A DNA stretch of 42,652 nucleotides. Source: a virus (taxonomy: Duplodnaviria; Caudoviricetes). The stretch covers positions 1 through 42,652 of the IMG/VR virus record IMGVR_UViG_3300047440_000108; one strand, 5' to 3'. Below the pieces are notes generated by a model. That model saw only the letters and a list, made by a program, of their open reading frames with translations, was not told the DNA's origin and searched no databases. A program made the translations under genes and the position numbers. Position 1 is the stretch's first letter; each line of letters starts with the position of its first letter. Shown here piece by piece: positions 7,673 through 17,019 of the stretch.

Positions 7673-8020
7673 ATGTCAGGTGTATTCCGCGGGGCGCAGA
7701 GCATCGCCAACAAGGTGTCCGGGGTCGTCAAGAAGGTTGACCCGATCGGTTACAAGATCAACTCCAAGCTCGACGCTGGGGGCAATGCGATCGGCGTTTA
7801 CGGCTCGGACGCGCCGGCTCCGTTGTGGGATGGCGCAGGTGACGCGACCGGCATGTACGGCAACGACTCGGCGGCAGCTCGGGATGCCACCATGAACAAC
7901 GCGCGCATTTCGGCCCTGCAGCAGGGTGACAACGACATGGACGCGGTGAACCGGCGCACTGCCGCCAGCTTCGATGCAGAGAACCCAACCCGCAAGACCC
8001 TGTTCGGGCGACTGGGCTGA
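7673..8020 (+). CDS. Small pre-portal virion protein, paralog 3
   Basis: Ends TRKTLFGRLG; abuts the portal gene. Confidence 0.65.
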   Translation: MSGVFRGAQSIANKVSGVVKKVDPIGYKINSKLDAGGNAIGVYGSDAPAPLWDGAGDATGMYGNDSAAARDATMNNARISALQQGDNDMDAVNRRTAASFDAENPTRKTLFGRLG

Positions 8021-8023
8021 CCC

Positions 8024-9739
8024 ATGACTACCTCCAACGTTGTCCAGCTTGATACGGCCCAGCGCAAGCAGGGTGACCGCGAGGCCGCGATCGTCAGCGA
8101 GGTGCTGCGCGAGTTCGGCCAGCTCGAAGGCGCGCGTGGCATCTGGGAGCAACACTGGGAGGAAGTCTCCCGCGTGGTGTTGCCCTACTACTCGACCAGC
8201 TTCAACACCCAGGGCATGGTCACGCCGGGGCAGGAACGCAGTCAGCATCAGTACGACGTGACGGCCAACCTCGCGCTGTGGAAGTTCGCGGCGGCGATGG
8301 AGAGCATGCTGACGCCAGCGAACGGCAAGTGGCACAAGCTGCGTCCGACCGACAAGGCGCTGATGAAGGACAGGGAAACGGCCTTGTGGTTCGAGCAGGT
8401 CAACGACCTGATGTTCCGCTACCGCTACGCCGCGCATTCGGGGTACCAGGCGCAGCAGCACGACGCCTATGTGAGCATCGGCGCTTTCGGCACCGGCTGC
8501 CTGTTCACCGACGAGTACAAGGACCCGACCCGTCCTCAGACCAAGGGTTTGCGCTACCGCAACATCCACCTCGGTGAGCTGTTCTTCGCCACCAACTTCC
8601 AGGGCCAGGTCGACAAGGTCTACCGTCGGTTCAAGATGACACTGAGGCAAGTCGCCCAGAAGTGGGGCGAGCAGGTCCTTGGCGACAAGTACCGCGGTCA
8701 GCTGAAGGAAAAGCCCGAGACCGAGATCGTCGTCATCCACTGCGTCAAGCCCAACACCGAGTTCGACCCGCGGCGGATGGACCAGAAGGGCAAGCGCTTC
8801 CTCAGCTACTACGTGCTGAAAGAGACCCAGACGCTGGCGCACTCGGGTGGCTACCGCTGCTTCCCCTACAGCGTGGCGCGTTACCTCACGGCGCCCGGCG
8901 AACTGTGGGGCCGCGGCCCGGCCATGAATGTGCTGCCCGGCATCCGGGTGCTTAACGAGGAAAAGAAGACCATCCTCAAGCAGGGTCACCGTGTGGTGGA
9001 CCCAGTGTTGCTGGCGCACGACGACGGCATCCTGGAAGGGTTTTCCCTCAAGCCGGGCGCGGTCAACTACGGCGGCGTCAACTCCCAGGGCCAGCGGCTG
9101 GTGCAGACGCTTGAGACCGGCAACATCGCCATCGGCAAGGAGCTGATGGACGACGAGCGGTTGGCGATCAACGACTCGTTCCTGGTCACCCTGTTCCAGA
9201 TCCTGATCGACACGCCGCAGATGACGGCGACCGAAGTGCTTGAGCGTGCGCGCGAGAAGGGCGCCCTCCTGTCTCCCACCATGGGCCGGTACCAGTCGGA
9301 GGGCATCGGCCCCACCATCGAGCGCGAGTTCGACCTGCTGATGTACCAGGGGCTGCTGCCCAAACCGCCGCGTGCGCTGATGGAAGCTGGTGGGGAATAC
9401 CAGGTCGAGTACGACGCGCCGCTGAACCGCGCGATGCGTTCGGAGGAAGCGGCTGGCGGCATGCGCACCTTCCAGTGGGCGTCCGAGATCGCGGCCCAAA
9501 CCCAGGACCCGTCCGTGCTCGACTGGTTCGACACCGACGCGATGATGCCTGAGCTTGCTGACATCAACGGCATGCCGTTGCGTTGGATCCGCGGCCAGGA
9601 AGACGTCGATGCGATCCGCGAGGATCGTCAGACACAACAGGCTACGGCGCAGGTCACCCAGGCTCTGCCGGGGATGGCCGCAATGCTCAAGGCCAGCGCG
9701 CCTGAAGGCACCAGCGCCAGCCAGGGGCAACCGGCATGA
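8024..9739 (+). CDS. Portal (head-to-tail connector)
   Basis: T7/BPP-1-type motifs GAFGTG, GELWGRGP, QMTATEVLERAREK. Confidence 0.95.
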   Translation: MTTSNVVQLDTAQRKQGDREAAIVSEVLREFGQLEGARGIWEQHWEEVSRVVLPYYSTSFNTQGMVTPGQERSQHQYDVTANLALWKFAAAMESMLTPANGKWHKLRPTDKALMKDRETALWFEQVNDLMFRYRYAAHSGYQAQQHDAYVSIGAFGTGCLFTDEYKDPTRPQTKGLRYRNIHLGELFFATNFQGQVDKVYRRFKMTLRQVAQKWGEQVLGDKYRGQLKEKPETEIVVIHCVKPNTEFDPRRMDQKGKRFLSYYVLKETQTLAHSGGYRCFPYSVARYLTAPGELWGRGPAMNVLPGIRVLNEEKKTILKQGHRVVDPVLLAHDDGILEGFSLKPGAVNYGGVNSQGQRLVQTLETGNIAIGKELMDDERLAINDSFLVTLFQILIDTPQMTATEVLERAREKGALLSPTMGRYQSEGIGPTIEREFDLLMYQGLLPKPPRALMEAGGEYQVEYDAPLNRAMRSEEAAGGMRTFQWASEIAAQTQDPSVLDWFDTDAMMPELADINGMPLRWIRGQEDVDAIREDRQTQQATAQVTQALPGMAAMLKASAPEGTSASQGQPA

Positions 9740-9897
9740 ACGAACACATGCCCAATCTCCGCGCCTACGTCGAGCCAACATGGAACGGGTTCGCGTGGGT
9801 GGTCGAGGAACACAACGAGGAAGGTGAAGTCGCTGCCATCTACGGCTACCCCACCGAGAGCGCGGCCTGGGCCGCCTACCGGATGCTGACCGCATGA
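9736..9897 (+). CDS. 53-aa hypothetical protein (not in ORF track)
   Basis: MNEHMPNLRAYVEPTWNGFAWVVEEHNEEGEVAAIYGYPTESAAWAAYRMLTA; ATGA overlaps at both ends. Confidence 0.65.
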   Translation: MNEHMPNLRAYVEPTWNGFAWVVEEHNEEGEVAAIYGYPTESAAWAAYRMLTA

Positions 9898-10175
9898 GCT
9901 TGATCGAGCACGCAAAGCAGTATCTCGCGCGGCGGCGCACCGCCTACGTCAAGACATTCTTCAACCCGATGGGCGAGGAAGTGCTGCGGGATCTCGCCAA
10001 GTTCTGCCGCGCCCACGAGACCACATTCGCCACTGACGCCCGCGCGCATGCGGTGGCGGAAGGCAGGCGTGAAGTGTTCCTTCGGATTTCCAGCCACCTT
10101 CGATTGACCGACGAAGAACTGTGGCGGCTGTACGGTCAAGCTTCCCAACCCGTAAGGACAAACCCCAATGAGTGA
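9894..10175 (+). CDS. Bbp19-like conserved head-region protein
   Basis: YVKTFFNPMGEEVLRDL...AEGRREVFLRI; position between portal and scaffold. Confidence 0.8.
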   Translation: MSLIEHAKQYLARRRTAYVKTFFNPMGEEVLRDLAKFCRAHETTFATDARAHAVAEGRREVFLRISSHLRLTDEELWRLYGQASQPVRTNPNE

Positions 10176-11049
10176 AACCCTCACCCCCACCGATGGTGGA
10201 CAAGGTGCAGCCCCAGCGGCCGCATCAACCACGGCCGCTGTCACAACCCCACCCACGTCTACAGCACCGCCCGCGCCGCCAGCTGCGCTTACCTGGCTCC
10301 CCACCGCCGACGAGACCACGGTGGGCTACGTCCAGAACAAAGGCTGGACTGAACCCGGGCAAGTGCTCGACGGGTACCGCAATCTGGAGAAGCTGTTCGG
10401 CGCTGACAAGGCCGGCAACACCGTGCTGCTGCCGAAGGCCGACGCGTCTCCGGAAGAGATGGGCAAGTTCTACGACCGGCTCGGCCGACCTGCCGCAGCC
10501 GATGGCTACAAGCTGGAAGTGCCACAGGGCGGCGATCCCGCGTTTGCCAAGCAGGCCAGCGGTTGGTTTCATGAGCTGGGCCTGACCCAGAAGCAGGGCG
10601 AGGCGCTGACCCAGAAGTGGAATGCGCACATGGGCGGGCTGACGCAGGCGCAGCAGCTGCAGGTGCAGCAGAACTTCCAGGCTGACGATACCGCGCTGAA
10701 GAATGACTGGGGCCAGGCGTACCAGCAGAACGTGACCCAGGCGCAAGCCGCGGTGCGCGGGCTCGGCGTCTCCGGTGACCAGATCGAAAAGCTGTCGAAC
10801 GCCATGGGCCACAAGGCCACGATGGAGCTGTTCCAGAAGATCGGCTCCCGCATGGGCGAGTCGGACTTCGTCACCGGCGACAAGCTGGAGAAGTTCGGGA
10901 ATGCCCTGACCCCGGGCCAGGCCAAGGCTGAGATCCAGTCGCTGCGCGATGACAAGGCCTTCGTGTCCAAGCTCTTGAGCAAGGACGCTGAAGCCACGGC
11001 GAAGTGGACTCGTCTGCACCAGTTCGCTTTCCCGGAGCAGAAGGAGTGA
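10168..11049 (+). CDS. Capsid scaffolding/assembly protein
   Basis: Low-complexity N-terminus, YRNLEKLFG, LGRP...Y, LKNDWG; precedes the capsid gene. Confidence 0.85.
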   Translation: MSETLTPTDGGQGAAPAAASTTAAVTTPPTSTAPPAPPAALTWLPTADETTVGYVQNKGWTEPGQVLDGYRNLEKLFGADKAGNTVLLPKADASPEEMGKFYDRLGRPAAADGYKLEVPQGGDPAFAKQASGWFHELGLTQKQGEALTQKWNAHMGGLTQAQQLQVQQNFQADDTALKNDWGQAYQQNVTQAQAAVRGLGVSGDQIEKLSNAMGHKATMELFQKIGSRMGESDFVTGDKLEKFGNALTPGQAKAEIQSLRDDKAFVSKLLSKDAEATAKWTRLHQFAFPEQKE

Positions 11050-11249
11050 GCCCGGAGGAAATGCAGCTGGAGTGCCTGAAGCTGGCGATGGAGCAGGCCC
11101 GGCGCGAACTGACGCACGATCTGATCCGTGTTGCGGAATTGCAAGCGTGGTTCTACAATCGCATCGCGATCGCCCAAGTCTCCGACCAAAAGTCGGTTGG
11201 CAAGGGCAAAGCCAAGGCAGCGGACAAGTCGAGCGATCCCTTCGCTTGA
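11046..11249 (+). CDS. Small hypothetical protein
   Basis: GTGA overlap with scaffold; QLECLKLA motif. Confidence 0.55.
   Translation: MSPEEMQLECLKLAMEQARRELTHDLIRVAELQAWFYNRIAIAQVSDQKSVGKGKAKAADKSSDPFA
11131..11159 (+). promoter_or_regulatory. Sigma70-like promoter upstream of the capsid gene
   Basis: TTGCGG-17 nt-TACAAT. Confidence 0.6.
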
Positions 11250-11276
11250 CCCTGTAGCCGGACCCGCAGTACACAG

Positions 11277-11303
11277 CGGCCCCTCCAAGTTGAGGACAAG
11301 CCG
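11277..11303 (+). promoter_or_regulatory. ACAA-bulge RNA hairpin, copy 1 (capsid leader)
   Basis: CGGC-C-CCTC-CAAGTT-GAGG-ACAA-GCCG. Confidence 0.6.
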
Positions 11304-11358
11304 GGAGCAGATGACGCCCAAGGTCATCACTTTCGGTTCAACTTGACTCGGAGGACAC

Positions 11359-12276
11359 ATGTCCAATCAGATTACGACTGCTTTCGTACAGCAGTACAGC
11401 ACCAACATCGCGATGCTCCTGCAGCAGCAGGGTTCGCGTCTTCGCAACGCCGTCAACGTTCAGTCGTTCGTCGGCAAGGCCGCTTCGGTGGTCGAACAGT
11501 TCGGCCAGGTTTCCCCGGTGAAAAACCAGGGCCGCCACACCGACACCCCCCTGATCTCCACCCCGCAGGATCGTCGCTGGGTCTACCCGTCCGACTACGA
11601 CTGGGCTGACTTGATCGACAACCAGGACACGCTGCGTTTGCTGATCGACCCCACCGGGCCGTACACGCAAGCCGGCGTCATAGCCATGGGCCGCGCGATG
11701 GACGACGAGATCATCAACGGCTTCTTCGGCTCCAACAACACCGGTGAAAACGGCTCGTCCGCTACCGGCACGCTGGGCGCCTACAACTCGGCCAGCCAGG
11801 TGGTTCTCGCCAACGTCGGCGCTTCTGCCAACACCGGCCTGAACATCGCCAAGCTGCGCGCTGCGAAGAAGAAGCTGATGGCGGCCGAAGTCGACATCGA
11901 CAACGACCAGCTGTTCATGGCAATCACCGCTGAGCAGCACGACAACCTGCTGAATGAAGCGCAAGCGATCTCGCTCGACTACAACACCCGCCCGGTGCTG
12001 GTTGACGGCAAGATCACGGCCTTCATGGGCTTCAACTTCATCCCCTCGGAGCGCATCCCTGGCGGCGCGTCTTACGCTGGTTCGCTCTCCACCGGCGGCC
12101 AATACTTCGTGCCGTTCTGGGCGAAGTCGGGTGTGGCGCTCGGCATCTGGAACGACATCCAGGCTTCGGTCGACAAGCGCCCTGACAAGCGCAATTCCAC
12201 GCAGGTCTATGTGACCGGCACCTTTGGCGGCACGCGTCTCGAAGAGAAGCGCTGCGGCTACATCCAGTGCGTGTAA
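11359..12276 (+). CDS. Major capsid protein
   Basis: GGAGG SD; MSNQITTAFVQQY...LLQQQGSRLR...AMGRAMDDEII...FMGFNFI, typical of this podovirus capsid family. Confidence 0.92.
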   Translation: MSNQITTAFVQQYSTNIAMLLQQQGSRLRNAVNVQSFVGKAASVVEQFGQVSPVKNQGRHTDTPLISTPQDRRWVYPSDYDWADLIDNQDTLRLLIDPTGPYTQAGVIAMGRAMDDEIINGFFGSNNTGENGSSATGTLGAYNSASQVVLANVGASANTGLNIAKLRAAKKKLMAAEVDIDNDQLFMAITAEQHDNLLNEAQAISLDYNTRPVLVDGKITAFMGFNFIPSERIPGGASYAGSLSTGGQYFVPFWAKSGVALGIWNDIQASVDKRPDKRNSTQVYVTGTFGGTRLEEKRCGYIQCV

Positions 12277-12288
12277 GGAGCAACCAAC

Positions 12289-12726
12289 ATGGCACAAACC
12301 TTCTCCACTGAACTCGCCGGCATCGACAGCGTTCCGTCTGTCAAGCCTTCCGCAACGGCCGCTTACGGGGCGCGCATCAAGCGCTTCCGTGCCACGGTCA
12401 CGCTGGCCGCGCAGGCAGCCGCCGACACCATCGTGTTGTGCGATCTGCCCGCAGGCTACACCTTCGCCTATGGCGTGATGACGGCGAGCGCTACGCTCGG
12501 CGCCACTGCGACCGTGGCGATCGGTACCGCGACCACGCCGGCCAAGTACAAGGCGGCTGCGATCTTCACTGCGGTGGACACGCCCACCCTGTTCGGCACG
12601 GCTACCGCCGGCGCCGGCCAGGTGGCGGCCACGGCCACCGAGCGCATCATCGCTACCGTCGCTGCGGCAGCGCTGCCTGGTGCCGGTACGTGGGTGGTCG
12701 ACATCTACGCGAGCATGCCGAACTGA
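12289..12726 (+). CDS. Capsid-associated (decoration-like) protein
   Basis: AAGGAG SD; Ala/Thr-rich beta protein between the capsid gene and a terminator. Confidence 0.7.
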   Translation: MAQTFSTELAGIDSVPSVKPSATAAYGARIKRFRATVTLAAQAAADTIVLCDLPAGYTFAYGVMTASATLGATATVAIGTATTPAKYKAAAIFTAVDTPTLFGTATAGAGQVAATATERIIATVAAAALPGAGTWVVDIYASMPN

Positions 12727-12733
12727 TGCAGTT

Positions 12734-12768
12734 GTCCCCCGGGGCCTTCCGGCTCCGGGGACTTTTTT
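12734..12768 (+). terminator. Intrinsic terminator
   Basis: GTCCCCCGGGGCC-TTCC-GGCTCCGGGGAC-TTTTTT. Confidence 0.85.
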
Positions 12769-12782
12769 AAGGAGAGCCACGC

Positions 12783-12974
12783 ATGGCTACGATCTTCTAC
12801 AGCATCAACAACGGCCAGAACGAATACCAGGCGACAGTCGCCGCGGTCACAGCGTCCAAGGACGTTGAGATCGTCGTGAACTCCACGACCAACATCCCGA
12901 CGCGCGAAGAGCTGCTGCTGGCCGTCGAGAAGTTGACCAACTTCATCGTTCGTCAACCCTACCAGCCGCTGTAA
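12783..12974 (+). CDS. Small virion-region hypothetical protein
   Basis: AAGGAG SD; typical codon usage. Confidence 0.7.
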   Translation: MATIFYSINNGQNEYQATVAAVTASKDVEIVVNSTTNIPTREELLLAVEKLTNFIVRQPYQPL

Positions 12975-12977
12975 GCC

Positions 12978-13244
12978 ATGGCCCGCGCAGATTCAGCCCA
13001 GTACGCGTTGGTGGCAGCCACTCCGGTGCAGATCAAGGGCGGCGTCTACGCGCTCGTGGGCAAGGCCGCCGGCGGGAACCTGCAGATGGCCGCACCCGAT
13101 GGCACCTTCGTAGCGGTGACCACGGTCGACACGCCGGCCACTCCGGTGTCCGCGATCGGCGGTTCGATATCGCCGATCTACCTGCCGGCCGGCAGCGTGC
13201 AGATCGCCAGCGGCGGCAACTGCTGGCTCGTAGGTATCGGCTGA
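12978..13244 (+). CDS. Small virion-region hypothetical protein
   Basis: Fills the gap in the operon; beta-rich. Confidence 0.65.
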   Translation: MARADSAQYALVAATPVQIKGGVYALVGKAAGGNLQMAAPDGTFVAVTTVDTPATPVSAIGGSISPIYLPAGSVQIASGGNCWLVGIG

Positions 13245-13245
13245 C

Positions 13246-13860
13246 ATGGCCCAGTCGCAGACCGATCTCTGCAACAGCGCGCTGCAGCGGGTCGGGGCAG
13301 CGACGATCATGGACATCAGCGACAACTCGCGCGAGGCGCGGGCGTGCGCGGTGGCCTACGACGCGACCCGCAAGGCTGAACTGCGCAAGCGCAAGTGGCG
13401 CTTCGCGCTGAAGCGCGCGACGCTGGCGCCCGACACCACCGACCCCATCTTCGAGTACGCCTACGCATTTACCCTGCCCGCGGACTGCCTGCGGGTGGTT
13501 CTCCCGGCAGACAACCCCGAACTCGACTGGTCGCTGGAGGGGCGCAAGATCCTCACCAACACGATGCAGTCGCCGTTCCTCGGCGCCAGCCCGCAGCCAA
13601 CGGTCACCGGCGCAGCGTTGTTTTTGCGCTACATCTCGGACATTGAGGACGCCACTCTGTGGGACGCGGCGTTCTACGACATGTTGAGCATCGCCCTGGC
13701 GGTCAAAATCTGCGAGCCGCTGACGCAGTCCAACACCAAGAAGTCTGGGCTTCTCGCTGAGTACCGCGAAGTGTTGCTGGCCGCGGCCAAGGCGCAGGCG
13801 TTCGAGACGCTGCCGGCGGATCCGCCGGCCGATGGGTGGTGGCTGGCGAGGGTGCGCTGA
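13246..13860 (+). CDS. Tail tubular protein A (adaptor)
   Basis: DLCNSALQRVG...WRFALKR...YAFTLPADCLR. Confidence 0.9.
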   Translation: MAQSQTDLCNSALQRVGAATIMDISDNSREARACAVAYDATRKAELRKRKWRFALKRATLAPDTTDPIFEYAYAFTLPADCLRVVLPADNPELDWSLEGRKILTNTMQSPFLGASPQPTVTGAALFLRYISDIEDATLWDAAFYDMLSIALAVKICEPLTQSNTKKSGLLAEYREVLLAAAKAQAFETLPADPPADGWWLARVR

Positions 13861-16133
13861 TGCCCCGCGCAACCTGGCTACAAACCAACTTCAACGCCGG
13901 CGAGTGGTCTCCGCTCACCTACGGGCGGGTGGAGCTGGCCAAGTACAAGAACGCGCTGGCCACGTGCTTGAACTACGTGCCGATGTTGCAGGGCGGGCTG
14001 ACCCGCCGGCCGGGCTTCCGCTACGTGGCCGAGGTCAAGAACTCCGCCAACGCGGTGCGCCTGCAGCGCTTCGAGTTCTCGATCACGCAAGCCTACGTGC
14101 TGGAGTTCGGCCCGAACTACATCCGCTTCTACACCAACGGCGGGCAGCTGTTGAACCTCGGCGTGCCCTACGAGGTGGCGACCACCTACACAGCGTCTGA
14201 GTTATTCCAGCTCTCTTTCGCGCAGTCGGCCGACGTGCTCTACATCGCGCACCCGGCGCACCCGCCGGCCAAGCTGCAACGTCTGGGCGCGACCAACTGG
14301 ACGCTGACCAACATCAGCTTCCTTGATGGCCCCTACCTGCCGGTCAACACCACCGCAACCACGCTGACGCCCTCCGGGGCGACGGGCGCGGTGACAGTGA
14401 CCGCGAGCGCGGCCACCTTCGCGCCCACCGATGTCGGCCGATCGCTGCGCATCAAGGCCGGCGGCGTGTGGCTGTGGGGCACGATCACCGCCTACGCCAG
14501 CCCGACCAGCGTGACCTGGACGATCTCGCCGCCGATCGGCTCGCAGGTGCCGTCCACGGCGCTGGCCACAGCCAACATATCGGCCGGCTCGGTGTTCTCG
14601 ATCACCATCACCAACGGCGGGGGCGGCTATGGCGCCAGCCCGCCAGCGGTCGGCATCGCGGGCGGCGGCGGCGCTGGCGCAGTGGCTTTCGCAACCGTCA
14701 CCAACGGCGTGGTCACCGCGATCACCATGTCGGTTACCGGCGCAGGCTACGCCACACCGCCCACGGTGACGGTGGCCGCGCCCGCGGCGATCGTGCCCAG
14801 CTCGACCACCTTCTGGCGCATGGGCGTGTGGAGTTCGACGCTGGGCTACCCTGCCTGCGTGGTGTTCAATCAGGATCGGCTGATGTGGGCTGGCTCGCCG
14901 TCATACCCCAACCGGATCGATGGCTCCAACACCTCCGACTACGAGAACATGGCGCCGAGCAGCGCTGATGGCACCGTGGTCGATTCCAACGCGCTGGCGT
15001 TCTCGCTCAACGCCAACACCGTCAACGCCATCCGCTGGATGGTGTCCGACGAGTGGGGCTTGTTGGTGGGCACGGCTGGCGGCGAGTGGGTGGTGTCCCC
15101 GTCGAACCTGCAGCAGGCGATGACGCCGACCAACATCAACGCCAAGCAGACCACCAGCTACGGCGTGGCCAACATCGCGCCGATCCGCGTTGGCAAGTCC
15201 ACGATGTTCGTGCAGCGCACCGGGCGCAAGCTGCGCGAGATGACCTACGAGTACGTCATCAACACCTTCCGCTCGCCTGACATCTCGCTGGTGTCCGAGC
15301 ACCTGACCAAGTCGGGGCTGAAGCAGATCGCCGTGGCGCTGGCCCCACAGCAGCAGGTGTGGTTCTCGCGCAACGACGGCACGCTGATCGGCATGGCCTA
15401 CGACAAGGACCAGGAGATCTCCGGTTGGCACCAGCACGCGGTCGGCGGCACCAACGCGTTGGTTGAGAGCGTGGCTGCGATCCCCTCGCCCGATACCACG
15501 CGCGACGACCTGTGGGTCAGCGTCAACCGAACCATCAACGGCGTCACCAAGCGTTACGTCGAACTGGCCTCGAAGTACTGGGAAGATGGGGACGCCATCC
15601 AGAACGCCGTGTTCCTTGACTCCTCGGCGGCCTACACCGGCGTGCCGACCACCACGGTTTCAGGGTTGACCTGGCTGCCGGGCGAAACGGTCGGCGTGCT
15701 GGCTGATGGCGCCACGCACCCTGACTGCGTGGTCTCCGGTGCCGGCGTCATCACGCTCGACCGTTCGGCCAGCGTCGTGCAGGTCGGCCTGAAGTACACC
15801 AGCCGCGGCAAGACGCTTCGCATCGAAGCTGGCGGCGCGGACGGCCCGGCACAAGGTAAACTCAAGCGCATTCACCGCATCATCGTGCGGTTCTTCCAGA
15901 CCGTCGGCATGATCCTGCCGGGTAACGCCAACGGCTCGCCGGCCATCCCCGAACCGTTCCGCAGTTCGGACATGGCGATGGACCAGCCGGTGGGCCTGTT
16001 CACCGGCGACAAGCGCTGGGCCTGGGAGGGCAGCTACGATCTTGAAGGTCAGGTTACCTGGGAACAGACAGACCCACTGCCCAGCAATGTGCTGATGGTG
16101 GCGGCGCAACTTGAGACACAGGACGGCGGATGA
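13860..16133 (+). CDS. Tail tubular protein B (nozzle)
   Basis: QTNFNAGEWSP...GGLTRRPG, FAQSADVL, YPACVVFNQDRL; TGATG coupling. Confidence 0.92.
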   Translation: MPRATWLQTNFNAGEWSPLTYGRVELAKYKNALATCLNYVPMLQGGLTRRPGFRYVAEVKNSANAVRLQRFEFSITQAYVLEFGPNYIRFYTNGGQLLNLGVPYEVATTYTASELFQLSFAQSADVLYIAHPAHPPAKLQRLGATNWTLTNISFLDGPYLPVNTTATTLTPSGATGAVTVTASAATFAPTDVGRSLRIKAGGVWLWGTITAYASPTSVTWTISPPIGSQVPSTALATANISAGSVFSITITNGGGGYGASPPAVGIAGGGGAGAVAFATVTNGVVTAITMSVTGAGYATPPTVTVAAPAAIVPSSTTFWRMGVWSSTLGYPACVVFNQDRLMWAGSPSYPNRIDGSNTSDYENMAPSSADGTVVDSNALAFSLNANTVNAIRWMVSDEWGLLVGTAGGEWVVSPSNLQQAMTPTNINAKQTTSYGVANIAPIRVGKSTMFVQRTGRKLREMTYEYVINTFRSPDISLVSEHLTKSGLKQIAVALAPQQQVWFSRNDGTLIGMAYDKDQEISGWHQHAVGGTNALVESVAAIPSPDTTRDDLWVSVNRTINGVTKRYVELASKYWEDGDAIQNAVFLDSSAAYTGVPTTTVSGLTWLPGETVGVLADGATHPDCVVSGAGVITLDRSASVVQVGLKYTSRGKTLRIEAGGADGPAQGKLKRIHRIIVRFFQTVGMILPGNANGSPAIPEPFRSSDMAMDQPVGLFTGDKRWAWEGSYDLEGQVTWEQTDPLPSNVLMVAAQLETQDGG

Positions 16134-16561
16134 TCCTCGTTCCCTACCAGGCAGAGCACCTGCTGGCGCTGCAACTGCAGCCCGGTCAGGAGTACTGCGC
16201 GACGCTGCTGACACCGGAGTACGCCAAGGCGCTGGAAAGCCAGTACGCCTTCACGGCGATGGCCGACGGCCTGCCGGTCGGGGTGGGCGGTGTGATGGAA
16301 CTGTGGACCAACCGCGCGCTGCTGTGGTCGTTCATCGACGCCCGCGCTGGCCGACACTTCATCGGCGTGCATCGCGCCACCCTGCGCTTCCTTGACATGC
16401 TGCCCTACAAACGCATCGAAGCTGAATGCGATTGCGATTTCGGCCCCGGCCACCGCTGGCTGGAGAAGCTGGGCTTCGTGATGGAAGCGCCGCGCATGAA
16501 GGCGTTCCGTGTCGATGGCGGTGACTCGGCACTTTACGCGAGGGTGAAGCAATGGCAGTAG
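16130..16561 (+). CDS. GNAT-like virion assembly protein (T7 gp13 position)
   Basis: HRWLEKLGF motif; conserved position after the nozzle gene. Confidence 0.75.
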   Translation: MILVPYQAEHLLALQLQPGQEYCATLLTPEYAKALESQYAFTAMADGLPVGVGGVMELWTNRALLWSFIDARAGRHFIGVHRATLRFLDMLPYKRIEAECDCDFGPGHRWLEKLGFVMEAPRMKAFRVDGGDSALYARVKQWQ

Positions 16562-17016
16562 CCTCAGTCGTGCTGATGGCGGTGTCGGCAGGGGTTGCCG
16601 CGCTGGGCGCCGTTCGTTCGTCGCAAGCGCAGGCGGCTGCCGCCAACTACAACGCCCAGCTGGCAGACCAGAACGCTCAGGTCGCCAACGCGCAAGGCGC
16701 GGCTGCGGCTGAGGCGCAGGAGCGCGACAGCAAGCGCCGGATCGGTTCGATGTTGGCCGCCTATGGCGCCTCCGGGGTGCAGACCGATACCGGCTCGCCG
16801 ACCGACGTGCTGGCAGACAGCGCACGCTCAGCCTCGCTCGACAACCTGACCATCAAGTACAACGCCAAGCTCCGCGCGATGGGCCTTGAGGCGCAAGCGG
16901 GGCTCGACCGTTCCACCGCGTCGAACGCCACCCAGGCCGGCTACATCAACGCCACGTCCGCAGTGCTGTCGGGGGCATCGAAAGCCTACGGCACCGGCGG
17001 CGTCTCACTGAGCTGA
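16552..17016 (+). CDS. Internal virion (ejection) protein, gp14-like
   Basis: Hydrophobic N-terminus, Ala/Gln-rich, AYGASGV...GSP motif. Confidence 0.85.
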   Translation: MAVASVVLMAVSAGVAALGAVRSSQAQAAAANYNAQLADQNAQVANAQGAAAAEAQERDSKRRIGSMLAAYGASGVQTDTGSPTDVLADSARSASLDNLTIKYNAKLRAMGLEAQAGLDRSTASNATQAGYINATSAVLSGASKAYGTGGVSLS

Positions 17017-17019
17017 CCC

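Noticed and set aside
7676-9940. Long antisense ORFs (e.g. 7676-9940, 11338-12780, 34697-36148, 39568-41082)
   Set aside because: Shadow frames of high-GC genes with no recognisable motifs
11130-11146. Additional operator copies at 11130 and 35054
   Set aside because: Half-site spacing differs from the 17-bp consensus
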